A stretch of DNA of 64,000 nucleotides, from positions 384,001 to 448,000 of the forward strand of contig CAVPOM010000007.1 in assembly GCA_963707025.1 (NCBI GenBank), in the 5' to 3' direction. Below, in pieces: positions 39,882 through 50,856 of the stretch. Origin of the DNA: an uncultured Verrucomicrobiae bacterium. GTDB lineage: Bacteria; Verrucomicrobiota; Verrucomicrobiia; Limisphaerales; Palsa-1400. Each line of letters begins with the position of its first letter. Within the stretch, counting starts at the first letter, position 1. The position numbers and the translations under genes are program-made. The notes beneath the pieces are model-generated. The model saw only the letters and a list, made by a program, of their open reading frames with translations, searched no databases and was not told the origin of the DNA.

Positions 39882-41072
39882 ATGCTCCTTCCCCGCGGCC
39901 ATCATCTCGCTTACTGCACGAACATTCATCCGGCTGAAACCTGGCCGGAAACGCTGGCCGCCCTGGAGCAATACACCCTGGAGGTGCGCGCGCGCGTCAG
40001 CCCGGACCGGCCCTTTGCCATCGGGCTGCGCCTGAGCGATCAGGCGTCGCGGCAATTGAGCGAGCCGTCCGAACTGCTGCATTTTCGGCGCTGGCTGGAG
40101 CGGCATGATTGCTACGTTTTCACCGTCAATGGATTTGCCTTCGGCCGGTTTCACGGGGAGCGGGTCAAGGAGCGGGTCTATTTGCCCGACTGGACATCGC
40201 CGGAGCGGCTGGCATATACCAACCGGTTGTTCGACCTGCTGGCCCAATTGCTGCCGGAAGGGGTGGCCGGGAGCGTCAGCACCCTGCCGGGTTCGTCCAA
40301 GGAATTCATCACCACACCCGGCCAACTCGCCGTCATTCGCGGCCATCTTCACGCCTGCGTCAAACACGTTTCCGACCGGGCCGCCCGCGCGGGTCGCGAG
40401 CTGCATCTGGGATTGGAGCCGGAGCCGCTGGGCCTGCTGGAAACCACGCGCGAAACGGTTGATTTCCTGGACCGCCTGCGCGAGGAACATCCCGGCGATG
40501 CGCGCCTGGAGGAGTTTCTGGGGGTCACCTACGACACCTGCCATCTGGCGGTGGAATTTGAGGAGCCGGCGGAGGCGCTGGCCCTGTTGCAACGCCACCG
40601 GGTGAAGATTAGCAAGATTCATTTAAGCAACGCGCTGAAATTGCGGATGTTCCCGATCAATCGGGCCGGATTGTTTTTAGCCCGATTGGCCTCCTTTGCC
40701 GACGACACCTATCTGCATCAAGTGGTGGCCAGGGATCTCGCAGGGCAATTGACCCGTTACCGTGATCTGGATGGATTCTTGAATGCGCAATCCCCTTCGT
40801 CCACCGTGGTTGCAACGATGAAGGAAGCCCGGGTTCATTTCCACCTGCCGCTGCACACGCCGCCGGGTGAATGGTTCGACACCACCTCCGATCATCTGCT
40901 GGGCGTGCTGGATGGCTTGCAAGTCAACCCGGATCTGTGTTCGCATTTGGAGATGGAAACCTACACCTGGGGGGTATTGCCGCCGGCCTTGAAAAGCCGG
41001 AGCGTGGTGGACCAATTGGCGGCGGAATATGAATGGTGTTTGCGCGGGCTGCGGGGGCGCGGCCTGGCGTGA
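39882..41072 (+). CDS. eboE: EboE, xylose-isomerase-like TIM barrel
   Basis: HLAYCTNIHP, VKERVYLPDW, LEPEP, DTCHLAVEFE, YLHQV, RVHFHLP, HLEMETYTW. Confidence 0.9.
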   Translation: MLLPRGHHLAYCTNIHPAETWPETLAALEQYTLEVRARVSPDRPFAIGLRLSDQASRQLSEPSELLHFRRWLERHDCYVFTVNGFAFGRFHGERVKERVYLPDWTSPERLAYTNRLFDLLAQLLPEGVAGSVSTLPGSSKEFITTPGQLAVIRGHLHACVKHVSDRAARAGRELHLGLEPEPLGLLETTRETVDFLDRLREEHPGDARLEEFLGVTYDTCHLAVEFEEPAEALALLQRHRVKISKIHLSNALKLRMFPINRAGLFLARLASFADDTYLHQVVARDLAGQLTRYRDLDGFLNAQSPSSTVVATMKEARVHFHLPLHTPPGEWFDTTSDHLLGVLDGLQVNPDLCSHLEMETYTWGVLPPALKSRSVVDQLAAEYEWCLRGLRGRGLA

Positions 41073-41085
41073 GCGGCCGCTCCTC

Positions 41086-41955
41086 GTGAAGCTCCTCCGT
41101 CCTCCATCCAAATTTCGGACGCTCCTGGCATTGGGGCGCGTTTCCAACTTGCCCACGGTGTGGTCCAACTGCCTGGCCGGCTGGTGGCTCGGGGGCGGCG
41201 GACCCTGCTGGCAATGGATCTGGCTCTCTCTCGCCCTGACCCTTCTTTACCTCGGCGGGATGTTTTTGAACGACGCTTTTGACGCGAACTTCGACCGGCA
41301 CAACCGCCGGTCGCGGCCCATCCCGTCGGGCGCGATCAGTGAGAAAGAAACCTGGCAGTGGGGATTTTCCCTGCTGGCCCTGGGCGCGGCGGGATTGATT
41401 TGGGCGGGGACCACCACCGCGGTTCTCACCTGGCTGCTCACAGGCTGCATCCTTCTTTACAATCTCATTCACAAATGGGCGGGAGCGTCGCCCGTGTTGC
41501 TGGGGGCGTGCCGCTTGCTCCTCTATCTGGTGTCCGCCTCGGTGGCGCGGGACGGGGTGACGGGCAATGTGTTGTGGTGCGGGCTGGCCCTGGCCTCTTA
41601 CGTCATGGGTTTGAGCTGGCTGGCGCGCCGGGAAAGCGGGCGCGGGCCGGCCCCATATTGGCCGGGCATTTTTCTGGCGGCGCCGTTGGTGCTGGCCGGA
41701 TTGAGTGACGATGGGCTCGCGCGGCAGACCGGCAATGTCCTGTCGCTGGTGCTGGTGGTCTGGATGCTCTGGGCGTTGCGCCACGCCTTCTGGCGCGCGG
41801 AGCCGAAGGTTGGCTATGCCGTGGCCAGGCTGCTGGCCGGCATCACCCTGGTGGACCTGCTGGCGGTGGCGGACCTGACCCAGCCGCAGGCCGGCCTTTT
41901 TCTGATTTGGTTCGTGCTCGCCCTCCTGCTGCAGCGTTACATTCCGGCGACGTGA
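41086..41955 (+). CDS. UbiA-family prenyltransferase (EboC-like)
   Basis: RVSNLPTVWSN, GMFLNDAFDANFD, RPIPSG; multiple TM segments. Confidence 0.88.
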   Translation: MKLLRPPSKFRTLLALGRVSNLPTVWSNCLAGWWLGGGGPCWQWIWLSLALTLLYLGGMFLNDAFDANFDRHNRRSRPIPSGAISEKETWQWGFSLLALGAAGLIWAGTTTAVLTWLLTGCILLYNLIHKWAGASPVLLGACRLLLYLVSASVARDGVTGNVLWCGLALASYVMGLSWLARRESGRGPAPYWPGIFLAAPLVLAGLSDDGLARQTGNVLSLVLVVWMLWALRHAFWRAEPKVGYAVARLLAGITLVDLLAVADLTQPQAGLFLIWFVLALLLQRYIPAT

Positions 41956-42037
41956 GCGGATAAAAATAATTGAGAAGGAGGCTCGCGTTTGGGACAAAAG
42001 TAGTTTACAGTGGGTTGCACAGTTATTGAAAACAGTC

Positions 42038-42391
42038 ATGAAAACAACTTGGAGCAGAAAAAAAATTCGCGACAAATTCACCGGCCTGACGAAGGCCGAT
42101 GGCACGCCCATGTCGCGGCAACAAATTCACATGCTCAGAAAGAAGGCGCGGGGCATTTGCCTGACCTGCGGCAAACCGGCCCTGGGCGTCTATTGTCTTC
42201 GGCACACCATCAAGGCCCGTGAGCGGATGCGGGCGCGCCTGAATTATCACCGGCGCCTGCGCGGCGCGCCCAGCTATGTCCTGCAAGAGCGGGAGCGGTC
42301 GCATGCGCGGCTGACCGGCGGGCGGGTCCGCGACGGGCGGGTCCGGCCGGGGCGGCGCCTCCATGCCAGAGTCCGCGCCAAGGCGAGCTGA
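42038..42391 (+). CDS. Small, very basic protein with CxxC-x8-CxxH
   Basis: GICLTCGKPALGVYCLRH; Arg/Lys-rich; AT-rich upstream region. Confidence 0.6.
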   Translation: MKTTWSRKKIRDKFTGLTKADGTPMSRQQIHMLRKKARGICLTCGKPALGVYCLRHTIKARERMRARLNYHRRLRGAPSYVLQERERSHARLTGGRVRDGRVRPGRRLHARVRAKAS

Positions 42392-42399
42392 GCCTGGCG

Positions 42400-43413
42400 T
42401 CATTCCCTGGGCAACGGTTTGGCCGGCGGCACGAAGGAAAGACCGATTTGGCGCGCCACAAAGCCGGGCAGGCGAATCTTGTTCCACCAATAAGGGTCCT
42501 CGCGGAAAATCAGGCCAAGGGTTTGGCCGATGATTTTCCAGTTGCGCGCCCGCATTCCGGCCACGCCGTTGAGCAGCAAGGCCCGGCAGGAACAGAAAAA
42601 GAGGCTGTCCCGCGCCAATTTCTTTTGTTCCGAGGGGGGGAACAGCTTCATGGCCGCCGGGTCGGCCAGGATCTTGCGGGTCACGTAGTAAAAGACAGCG
42701 ACGTTGGAACCGGAGGAGTGCATGGCGGCGGTCAGGGAAATGGGCGTGTAACGGAAGGAGGATAGAACCTGGTCAATGTAGTAAAAATCGTGATGGACGG
42801 CGATGCGCATGTCCAAATCCAGGTCCAGGGCGAAATCGCTTTTGGTGTCGAATCCACCGGCCCGCCGGACCGCCTCGGTGCGATACATGATGCCGCTGGG
42901 CACGCAGCACGGATAATCATGCACCAGGAATTCCTTGAGCACTTTGGCCCGCTCGATGAAGCCGTCGCCGACTTGAAAACGGTAGCGGTAGTGCATTTTG
43001 CGCAAGAGGTAAAAGCGGGGGAAAATGCGCCGGTCGTTGGAATCAATCAAATCCATCGGGGCCATGACGATGCCGACCGAGGGGTATTTGCCGAAGGCGG
43101 CCAGCATCAATTCCAGCGCCCTGGGCTTGAGGAGGTCGTCATCCATCAGGACGACAAGGTAATTGCCTTGGGCGAGGGTCGCGACTTTTTGGATGTTGTT
43201 GATGTTTCCGATGTTTTGGCCATTGCGGTAATAACGAATGCGCGGATCGTTGAGGCGGCGGACGACTGCGGCCGACTCCTCATCTTCGCTGTTGTCAGTG
43301 ATGACGATCTCGAATTTCTGGCAGGTCTGGGCCAGGACGGAACGGAGGGCCCGCTCCAACAGCAGGGGGCGCTGATAAGTGGGGGTGCAGATGGAAACCA
43401 GGGGCGGGTTCAC
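42400..43413 (-). CDS. GT2-family glycosyltransferase
   Basis: VSICTPTYQR, ITDNSED, LMDDD, GGFD. Confidence 0.9.
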   Translation of the reverse strand: MNPPLVSICTPTYQRPLLLERALRSVLAQTCQKFEIVITDNSEDEESAAVVRRLNDPRIRYYRNGQNIGNINNIQKVATLAQGNYLVVLMDDDLLKPRALELMLAAFGKYPSVGIVMAPMDLIDSNDRRIFPRFYLLRKMHYRYRFQVGDGFIERAKVLKEFLVHDYPCCVPSGIMYRTEAVRRAGGFDTKSDFALDLDLDMRIAVHHDFYYIDQVLSSFRYTPISLTAAMHSSGSNVAVFYYVTRKILADPAAMKLFPPSEQKKLARDSLFFCSCRALLLNGVAGMRARNWKIIGQTLGLIFREDPYWWNKIRLPGFVARQIGLSFVPPAKPLPRE

Positions 43414-44477
43414 GCGCTTTTGCCGGGTTGGATGATGTGTTGGAGCATGACGCTGGCGAAGCTTTCGCCGGTGAACGGCTTGATCCGCTCGCCGCGCACG
43501 AAGTCTTCGATGGCGGCCAGAAAGGCTTCGTATTCCGGTTCCGGCATGGCCTTGAGATAGCGGTAAAGCTCCTCGTAGTTTTTGAAATTCCGCATGTCAA
43601 TAAAGGCGCGGGCCGGGATGAAATCGGCCACATCCGGCGCGCCCCAATAGATGGGCACGCAGCCGGCGAAAAAGCCGTCAAAAATCTTCTCGGTGACATA
43701 GCCGGGAAACACCGCGTTTTCATAGCAAAGGGCAAACCGGTATGGGCGCATCACGGCGTTTTTGCCCGGCACCGCCCCTTTCCAGGAGGGGAAGCGGCGG
43801 CAAAGCAGGGAACGGGGGAATAAGCGCGGATAGATTTTGAGGAGGAGCAGATTCAAGCGCGCGAGGCGGCCGGTGAAGTAACGGCGGTCCCAACCCTGCC
43901 CGTACAGGTCCAGGTCCTCCGGGTGACGGCCTTCGAACCAGCGGATGGCCCGCACCCGCTCGCTGTAAAGTTCCCGGGGATGGGGATTGTATTTTTGGCT
44001 GGCGATGGTCACACAGAATTTGGTCTTCTCCGCGCGGTTGATTTGGAAGGGCGCGGGCACCCGCATGGCATACCAGAATTGGAAAAGCTTCCTCTGGTCA
44101 ACCAGTTGCGGGTTCCAGGTGAAGACCTTGTCGAAGGCGCGCCAGTTCCGACGCCAGTATTCGTCCGGGCGGTTGGCCGGGTTCTCGATCAGGAACAGGT
44201 AAAGTCTTTTCCCTTTCAGGCGCCGCAGCTTGCGGAAATAAGGATCGAGCAAGGTCGGATGATCGAAAAAGATGGCGGCGTCGAATTTCTCCAAGTCGTC
44301 CATGTCGAGGGTGGCAACCCGGTGGCCCAATTGGCGCAGCCGTTGCCCGGCAAAATAGAACCCGTACATGATGTCGTCCCCGATCGGCCCGGCCGGGTTC
44401 TCCAGCATCCGGTTGCGGTTGTAGTGCTTGTAAAAACTGTAAAATCCCAAATACACGGCGGGGAAAGTTACCGCCAA
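43410..44477 (-). CDS. GT10-family (alpha-1,3-fucosyltransferase-like) glycosyltransferase
   Basis: YRFALCYEN...GYVTEKIFDGFFAGCVPIYWG motif. Confidence 0.87.
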   Translation of the reverse strand: MAVTFPAVYLGFYSFYKHYNRNRMLENPAGPIGDDIMYGFYFAGQRLRQLGHRVATLDMDDLEKFDAAIFFDHPTLLDPYFRKLRRLKGKRLYLFLIENPANRPDEYWRRNWRAFDKVFTWNPQLVDQRKLFQFWYAMRVPAPFQINRAEKTKFCVTIASQKYNPHPRELYSERVRAIRWFEGRHPEDLDLYGQGWDRRYFTGRLARLNLLLLKIYPRLFPRSLLCRRFPSWKGAVPGKNAVMRPYRFALCYENAVFPGYVTEKIFDGFFAGCVPIYWGAPDVADFIPARAFIDMRNFKNYEELYRYLKAMPEPEYEAFLAAIEDFVRGERIKPFTGESFASVMLQHIIQPGKSA

Positions 44478-44489
44478 CGCGGCGGCGGG

Positions 44490-46736
44490 TTAATGCAGGC
44501 CATAAAAGTTCTCGCGCGCTTTTTGCGTGGAGACGGGGGTGACGGCCGTCTCGACGGCAGCCCCGGCGGGGGTGAGGATCGCGGTCTGGCCTTTCTTGAG
44601 GGCCAGCTCGTAATCGCGATCAGCCAACTGCCTGAGCTGGAAGCCGGGGGCGGAGGGATGGGGCATGTCGGTGACGACGCGGCAGGGTTCGCCGGCCAGG
44701 CTCTGGATGCGGATGAATTGGAGCTTGTCCGCCTTGCGCACGGCGCTGACGAGGAAAGCGCCTTCGGCCCGAAGATTGTGGAAGGTGACGTCGTGCCAGG
44801 CGGCAGGCACGGCGGGGAAGACGCGGATTTTGCCGCCCCAACTGGTCAGGAGCATGTCGTGCAAGGAGGCCGCGCCGGACAAGGGCGTTTCGATGCACGG
44901 GCCGGCCTCGGTGTAAAGGGTGTTGGGCAGGATTTTTTCATCCAGCAGTTTGTTGAGCCAGGCCGCGGCCTCGTCACCCCGCCCCAGGACGGCGGAGATG
45001 GAAGCGGCGCCAGTGTAGGAGTATCCGCGCAACTGCTTGGGCATTCCCATCCAATGGTTGAGGGATTTGGCCACCAGGTCGCGATTCTCCGGCTGGTCAA
45101 GGTTCATGATGTAGAGCGGATAAATCATGAGAAGGTGCGAGTAATGGCGGTGCGACACGGCGAAGGGCATGCCTGCGGAGATCCTTAAGCCATTCTCATC
45201 CGCGGGATAGTGAACGAGCTTTTCCAGGACTTCATTCCATTTGGGAATGAGCGGGTCGTTGATCTGCAACTTCTGGCACGTGGCGAGGAGCGTCTGGCAG
45301 CCCCAGCGGATGAGGGCCAGGTCTATATTGCAGTCCGGGTTGGGCGCGGGCTGGCCGGGATACTCGGGAGAATAGCCTTCGGTGACGTGGAGGCGGCCGT
45401 CGGGCCCTTCCTGCATGTGGTGGAAATAGTAGTTCATGCTGCCCTTGAGCAGCGGGAAGAGGCGTTGCAGTTTGGCGTCGTCCATGCCGTAGCGGTAAAG
45501 CAGGTAATAATTGTGCAGCGCCCAGGGCAGATCGCAGATTTCGTGGTCGGCGGCGCGCACCAGGTCGTAACCGCAGGAACGGCCAATGGCGTAGGAATCG
45601 GAGGCGAATTGTCTGGCGTTGGCGGCAAGGGCAGCTTTGCCGTCGTCAATCATCTTGCAAAGAGGTTCGCCCAGTTCGAGCCGGTTGGCCGTCAGCACCG
45701 GCCAATAGGTCAGTTCGATGTTGAGATTCCACCAAATTTTCGGCCAGGGGGTGGTGTTAAACCAGGGACCGTTCAAATCAATGGGCATGCGGTCGGCGCG
45801 CGTGGCGCTGGCCAGCTTATACATCTGGAGCCAGTAAAAAGATTCCAGCCGCGTGTCGGGAATGGATAGGAAACTTTCCGGCCAATACTGGTGCCACCAG
45901 GCGCGGTGGGTGGAGGCCAGTTTGTCCAGGCCCGTGGCAGCGGCCTGGCTGACGCTGGCGACGGCTTGCGGCCGGGCGTCGCCGACCAGGGAGAACCCGA
46001 CACTCAACAGGACCACGCGCGCCCCGTCCTGGCCGGCCACTTCAGTCCAAGCCGTCGCGTGCTGGGCGCCGGTGAACAAGGATTGGGCGCAGAGATGCAC
46101 GCCGGCAGACTCGCTGAATTGGGGGTCGGGGTTCTTCTCCTTCTCCGGGATCGGCGTCTTCTGATAGATTTTACGGGGATCAGCGGCCAGGCCCGGTTCC
46201 CATTCAAACCGGCAGTTCTTTTCGCCGGCGGTGGGCTGGAGTTGGATGACCTGCACCATTTGCCCGGCGTGAGTGAAGCTGCGGATTTTGATCGCCCCCT
46301 GGCTGGTCTGGATCTCGCCGGTCAGCTCGGCGTTCCAGAGGTCCAGGCGGAAATGGCCGCCCTGGAGCGTGCCGGCGGTTTTGAGCACCAGTTCGCCAAT
46401 GGGGATGCGGTTGTTGCCCATCACCACGTCGGAACGGCCGATGCGCCAGTGGAGGGACGGGCCATCGCCGGCCGCGGCGGTGTTGGTGGCGAAGACATTG
46501 GCCCCCAGCAATCCATTGCCCATGAACGCGCCCGAACCCCATCGGTCCGGCGGCCTGGTCCAGACCATATCGTGGCGGGCGAGGAAAGCGGGCCAGTCAA
46601 CCTTGTCGGCCACATCCGCCGCGACGAGGCTGGAAAGGCAAGGGGCCAGCAACAGCACCGTGGTGGAAGCAACCAGCAGGGCCAACCGGGTGGTTGCACA
46701 AGTGGAATGGAGCTTGCTGCTGGAAATCCTGGTCAT
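44490..46736 (-). CDS. Exported GH95-like (alpha/alpha)6 glycoside hydrolase
   Basis: MGNGLLG, WWNLNIELTYWP, SPEY, HRHYSHL, VFPAVPAAW, LRAEGAFLVSA. Confidence 0.8.
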   Translation of the reverse strand: MTRISSSKLHSTCATTRLALLVASTTVLLLAPCLSSLVAADVADKVDWPAFLARHDMVWTRPPDRWGSGAFMGNGLLGANVFATNTAAAGDGPSLHWRIGRSDVVMGNNRIPIGELVLKTAGTLQGGHFRLDLWNAELTGEIQTSQGAIKIRSFTHAGQMVQVIQLQPTAGEKNCRFEWEPGLAADPRKIYQKTPIPEKEKNPDPQFSESAGVHLCAQSLFTGAQHATAWTEVAGQDGARVVLLSVGFSLVGDARPQAVASVSQAAATGLDKLASTHRAWWHQYWPESFLSIPDTRLESFYWLQMYKLASATRADRMPIDLNGPWFNTTPWPKIWWNLNIELTYWPVLTANRLELGEPLCKMIDDGKAALAANARQFASDSYAIGRSCGYDLVRAADHEICDLPWALHNYYLLYRYGMDDAKLQRLFPLLKGSMNYYFHHMQEGPDGRLHVTEGYSPEYPGQPAPNPDCNIDLALIRWGCQTLLATCQKLQINDPLIPKWNEVLEKLVHYPADENGLRISAGMPFAVSHRHYSHLLMIYPLYIMNLDQPENRDLVAKSLNHWMGMPKQLRGYSYTGAASISAVLGRGDEAAAWLNKLLDEKILPNTLYTEAGPCIETPLSGAASLHDMLLTSWGGKIRVFPAVPAAWHDVTFHNLRAEGAFLVSAVRKADKLQFIRIQSLAGEPCRVVTDMPHPSAPGFQLRQLADRDYELALKKGQTAILTPAGAAVETAVTPVSTQKARENFYGLH

Positions 46737-46745
46737 AATCGCATG

Positions 46746-47804
46746 TTATGGCTTTGTTTCCGCTGGGCGGACGACTTGGAGGAGGACGACGGAACTGCTG
46801 CAGCCCCAGGAATGACGCGGGCCGGATGGCGTCGGTTCCTGCCAGCGGCACCAAGAGAGGTTGTCCGCTGGGCGGCGGACGTTCCAGGCGGCATCGGCAT
46901 TCTTCTGCAACCAGGACTCGAAGACGGGCTGGGCGTGGCGCTCGTTCATAAACCGCGCAATCCAGCGCACGCAGATTCCGTTGAAGCCGCCGGCATCGCC
47001 GGTCTCGCCATATTCAGGCAGGATTCCGTCGCGGCAGAGTTGCTTCATGGTGTAGGTGGCGGCCAGCATGGCGTCGTTGGTGTAGCCAAGGAGATTGGCC
47101 GCGCCCACGAAGGTGCCTTCGTTGTAGGTAAAGGCGGTGTAACTTATCCGGCCGTTGCGGCGGATGTTGTCGCAGACCTGGCCGGTCGCCGGATCGAAGA
47201 GGGTGGCCCGTTCCCAAAGAAAAAGGTTGGTGGCCTTGGCCAGATAAGCCGGGTCGTGACAGGCGCGGCCCAAAAGCGCTGCGGCGATGGCGGCCGGGCC
47301 GTTGACGCAGGCGTTCTTGGACTGGTTGTCCGTGCGCCACCACAGGCCGCCGCCCAGATTGGTTGACAATGCGCGCGCAAAGCAGGCGTCGAAGTTGGTC
47401 CGGGCGGCGTCCCGAAAGGCCGGGTTGCCGGTCAGGAGATAGCCGCGGGCGCAGGCGATGACGATCCACATAATGTCGTCGTTGTATATGTTCCTCGTCC
47501 AGTCCGAGCCGTGGTCCGCGACGAAACCGCGGAAGAGGTCGGCGAACATGGCGAGTTGCTGCTTGTTGCCCGTCCGCTCGTAGGCGTCCAGCTCCATCTC
47601 CATCTGCTCGGCCCGCATCCAGAAGGAAACCTTTTTTTCGCCGGTCGTGGTTTCCTTGAACCAGGCGCGGCCATCCTTGACCCGGTAAAAGGCCTGGATG
47701 TGGGCCTGCAACAGGGCATCGGCACGCGCCGAGGTGAAGCGCATGGTCGGGGCGGTTTTGCAGCCCGGCAGGAGACATACCGCGGCCAGGCACGCGGCGC
47801 GCAT
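46746..47804 (-). CDS. GH76-family glycoside hydrolase, probable lipoprotein
   Basis: YNDDIMW, GGGLWW, KNACVNGP, FTYNEG; LPGC lipobox; start uncertain. Confidence 0.87.
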   Translation of the reverse strand: MRAACLAAVCLLPGCKTAPTMRFTSARADALLQAHIQAFYRVKDGRAWFKETTTGEKKVSFWMRAEQMEMELDAYERTGNKQQLAMFADLFRGFVADHGSDWTRNIYNDDIMWIVIACARGYLLTGNPAFRDAARTNFDACFARALSTNLGGGLWWRTDNQSKNACVNGPAAIAAALLGRACHDPAYLAKATNLFLWERATLFDPATGQVCDNIRRNGRISYTAFTYNEGTFVGAANLLGYTNDAMLAATYTMKQLCRDGILPEYGETGDAGGFNGICVRWIARFMNERHAQPVFESWLQKNADAAWNVRRPADNLSWCRWQEPTPSGPRHSWGCSSSVVLLQVVRPAETKP

Positions 47805-48348
47805 CCACCGCGCGGCGCGCCCTGTCCCGGAGATTTCACAGGTTATCGTCTCCCGTGCCGCCGGGCCAGTGGCCCGGCGGGACGGGTCCCGATTGGATCG
47901 GGATTCCACCCATGCGGCATGAAATGTCCGGGCTGGCCCCGCTTTGATCGAAGCCGGCCTCATCGCGTTTCCAGTCCCTTCTCCATGACAAGGTAAAGAC
48001 TCATCTCAGTGTTTGGACTCAGCATTGATCGCAAATCCACGGCAGCGCCCGCCGGCCCCGTCCGGCGCGAGCGGATTGTAATTGGACGATGGAAATAAAT
48101 GAAAGTGCAAAAAGAGGAGAAAGCTGGAGTTGGGGTGGGAAAAGGTTCTTCCAATGGGGCGGCAAGGCCTGTTTGCCGGCCAAAGCGGAACCGGCCGTTT
48201 TCAAAACGCCGGCGCGCAAATCCAGCATGGCCATTTTGGGTTGGTCAGCCGGGCGGGATGGGGTAATCTCCCGTCCATTGGCGCCTTGATGAGAATGAAC
48301 CCAGACAAACGAAATGTTGCCATGCCAGGAACCAACCCCTTTGCGTTT

Positions 48349-50501
48349 ATGCGGCAAATACTTTTCACCTCCTTGTTGATCACGGCCTTGCTCGGCACAG
48401 GAGTTTCTTCCATGAGCGCAGTCTCGAAGCATGCCCTCACGTTCGACGATTTGATGAAGGTGCAACGCGTGGCCGATCCGCAGATCTCCCCGGACGGCAA
48501 GTGGGTGGCATACGCCCTCACGGTGGTGGACAAGGAAAAGAACACCCGGAAGGCGGACATTTGGATCGTGCCAACCGGAGGCGGTGAGGCGCGGCAACTG
48601 ACACGCTCGCAGAAGGAGGACAGCCGCCCGCGCTGGTCTCCCGATGGCAAGGAGCTGGCGTTTGTGTCCACGCGCGACGGGTCTTCCCAGATCTGGCTCC
48701 TCCCGGTCGAAGGCGGGGAGGCCCGCAAGGTGACGGCGATCGCGACCGAAGCGGGGGGTGTCCTGTTTTCGCCGGATGGCAAGCATCTCCTGTTCACCTC
48801 GGACGTGTATCCCGAATGCGACAACCGCGATCCGCAGAAAGCGCTGGAGAGCAATGCGGCCAGGAAGAAAGCCGTGGAAGAATCCAAGGTCAAGGCGCAC
48901 ATCGCCACCCGGCTGCTCTTTAGACATTGGACGGAATGGAAAGACGGCAAGCGCACCCACTTGTTCATCGTGCCGGTGGACGGCTCGGAACCGCCGCGGG
49001 ATTTGACACCCGGTGATTACGATGTCCCCCCCTTCTCGCTCGGCGGCCCCGATGACTACGTATTTTCGCCAGATGGCAAGGAAGTCTGTTATGCCTCGAA
49101 TCATGACCCCCACGAGGAACGCTCCCTCAATGCGGATTTGTTCGTGGTGAACGCGGCCACGGGCGAAACGAGGAGGATCACGACAAATTCGGCCTACGAC
49201 GGATCGCCCCAATACTCTTGCGACGGAAAGTATATCGCCTATCGCGCCCAGTTCCGACCGGGGTATGAGAGCGATCGCTTCCGCCTGATGCTCTGTGAGC
49301 GCGCCACCGGAGAGCACCGCAACCTGACGGAGAGTTTTGATCGTTGGGTGGATTCTTTTGCCTGGGCGCCGGATGCGAGCAAACTTTATATCGTCAGCGG
49401 AGACCGGGGACGGAACGCCATCTTTGAAGCAGCGCTGTCCGGCAACAGCGTGAAAGCGATTTATGGCGGGCATTCTTCGGGCGATCTGGAAGTGACACCG
49501 GACGGACGCACAATCGTGTTCACGCGCTCTTCGATGGAGGAGCCGACGGAGATCTACCGTGCCAACGCCGATGGGTCAAAGGTGACGGCCCTGACCCATC
49601 ACAACGATGCCCTTTTGGCGACACTGGACATGAATGCAGCGGAGGAATTCTGGTATGACGGATCCCCCTCCGCCCCGGGGCCAAAGTGGACCCGGCTGTG
49701 GCCAGGGGATTCATCGAACCGGGCGAGGAGGGCGCCATCCTGCCGGCGCAAAGGAGCGCCGACGCACCCAGAATTCACGCTTGGATCTTAAAGCCGCCCC
49801 AATTCAACGCCGCGGGAAAATATCCGATGCTGCTGTTCGTGCATGGCGGTCCCCAAGGGTCTTGGGAAGACAACTGGGGTTACCGGTGGAATCCGCAGAT
49901 GTATGCCGCCGCCGGTTATGTCGTGGTCATGCCGGATCCGCGCGGCTCGACCGGCTATGGCCAGCAGTTCATTGATGAAATCCGCCAGGACTGGGGCGGC
50001 CGGTGCTTCAAGGATCTGATGCTGGCGGCGGACGCCGCCGGGAAATTGCCTTTTGTGGACAAGAACAGGATGGTCGCGGCGGGCGCATCTTTTGGCGGGT
50101 TCATGATCAATTGGTTCCAGGGCCATACGGATCGCTTTAAGGCTCTGGTGGCCCATGCCGGCGACTTCGATCAAGTCACCGGTTACTATGTGACCGAAGA
50201 GTTGTGGTTCCCGGAGTGGGAGTTGGGCGGAACCCCTTACGACAATCCCGAACTCTATGATTTTCTTTCGCCGGGCCGGTATGTGAAGGATTTCAAAACG
50301 CCGGAGCTGGTCACGCATGGCGAAATGGATTTTCGCGTCCCCGTGGCCGAGGGCCTGGCGATGTTTGCCGCCTTGCAGCGCCGTGGCATTGAATCGAAGT
50401 TGCTGTATTTTCCCGATGAAGGGCATTGGATTCTCAAGCCGCTCAATTCGGAATTGTTTTACAAAACCGCGATCGCATGGCTGGATAAGTTTACCAAGTG
50501 A
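48349..50501 (+). CDS. S9-family peptidase with PD40 propeller (frameshift ~49685)
   Basis: Repeated SPDGK; HGGPQG, GASFGG, DFRV, DEGHW catalytic motifs. Confidence 0.9.
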
Positions 50502-50528
50502 GACCTCTGCAAAACGCGCGTCCACGAT

Positions 50529-50601
50529 TGTAGCGGCGGTCTGTGACCGCCGCCAACCAGGGGAAATAACGGCATGGCGACGGTCATAGACCGCCGCCAC
50601 A
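50529..50601. repeat. GTAG-type REP doublet
   Basis: tgtagcggcggtctgtgaccgccg ... ggcgacggtcatagaccgccgccaca. Confidence 0.75.
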
Positions 50602-50856
50602 GGCGTTTTCCAGGGGTCTCAAAGTGATAGAAGAAGGGGTGGTTTCGGAGGAAGGATTCCACCGGCGGGACGCCGACGGATGCGGCCGGGACGTCCGCGC
50701 TCCCCAAGCCGCCGCGAAACGGGCCATCCCAGACAGGCCGTCACCATAAGTTGGGCTGCTGCAGGCAAGGGAGGTTGAGGGAATGCCAAAATGGGTGGAG
50801 TTGGTTGCGGAAGGCAGGGCAAGGTTGAAAGGAGGCACTGTTGGCGCGCATCTGAA

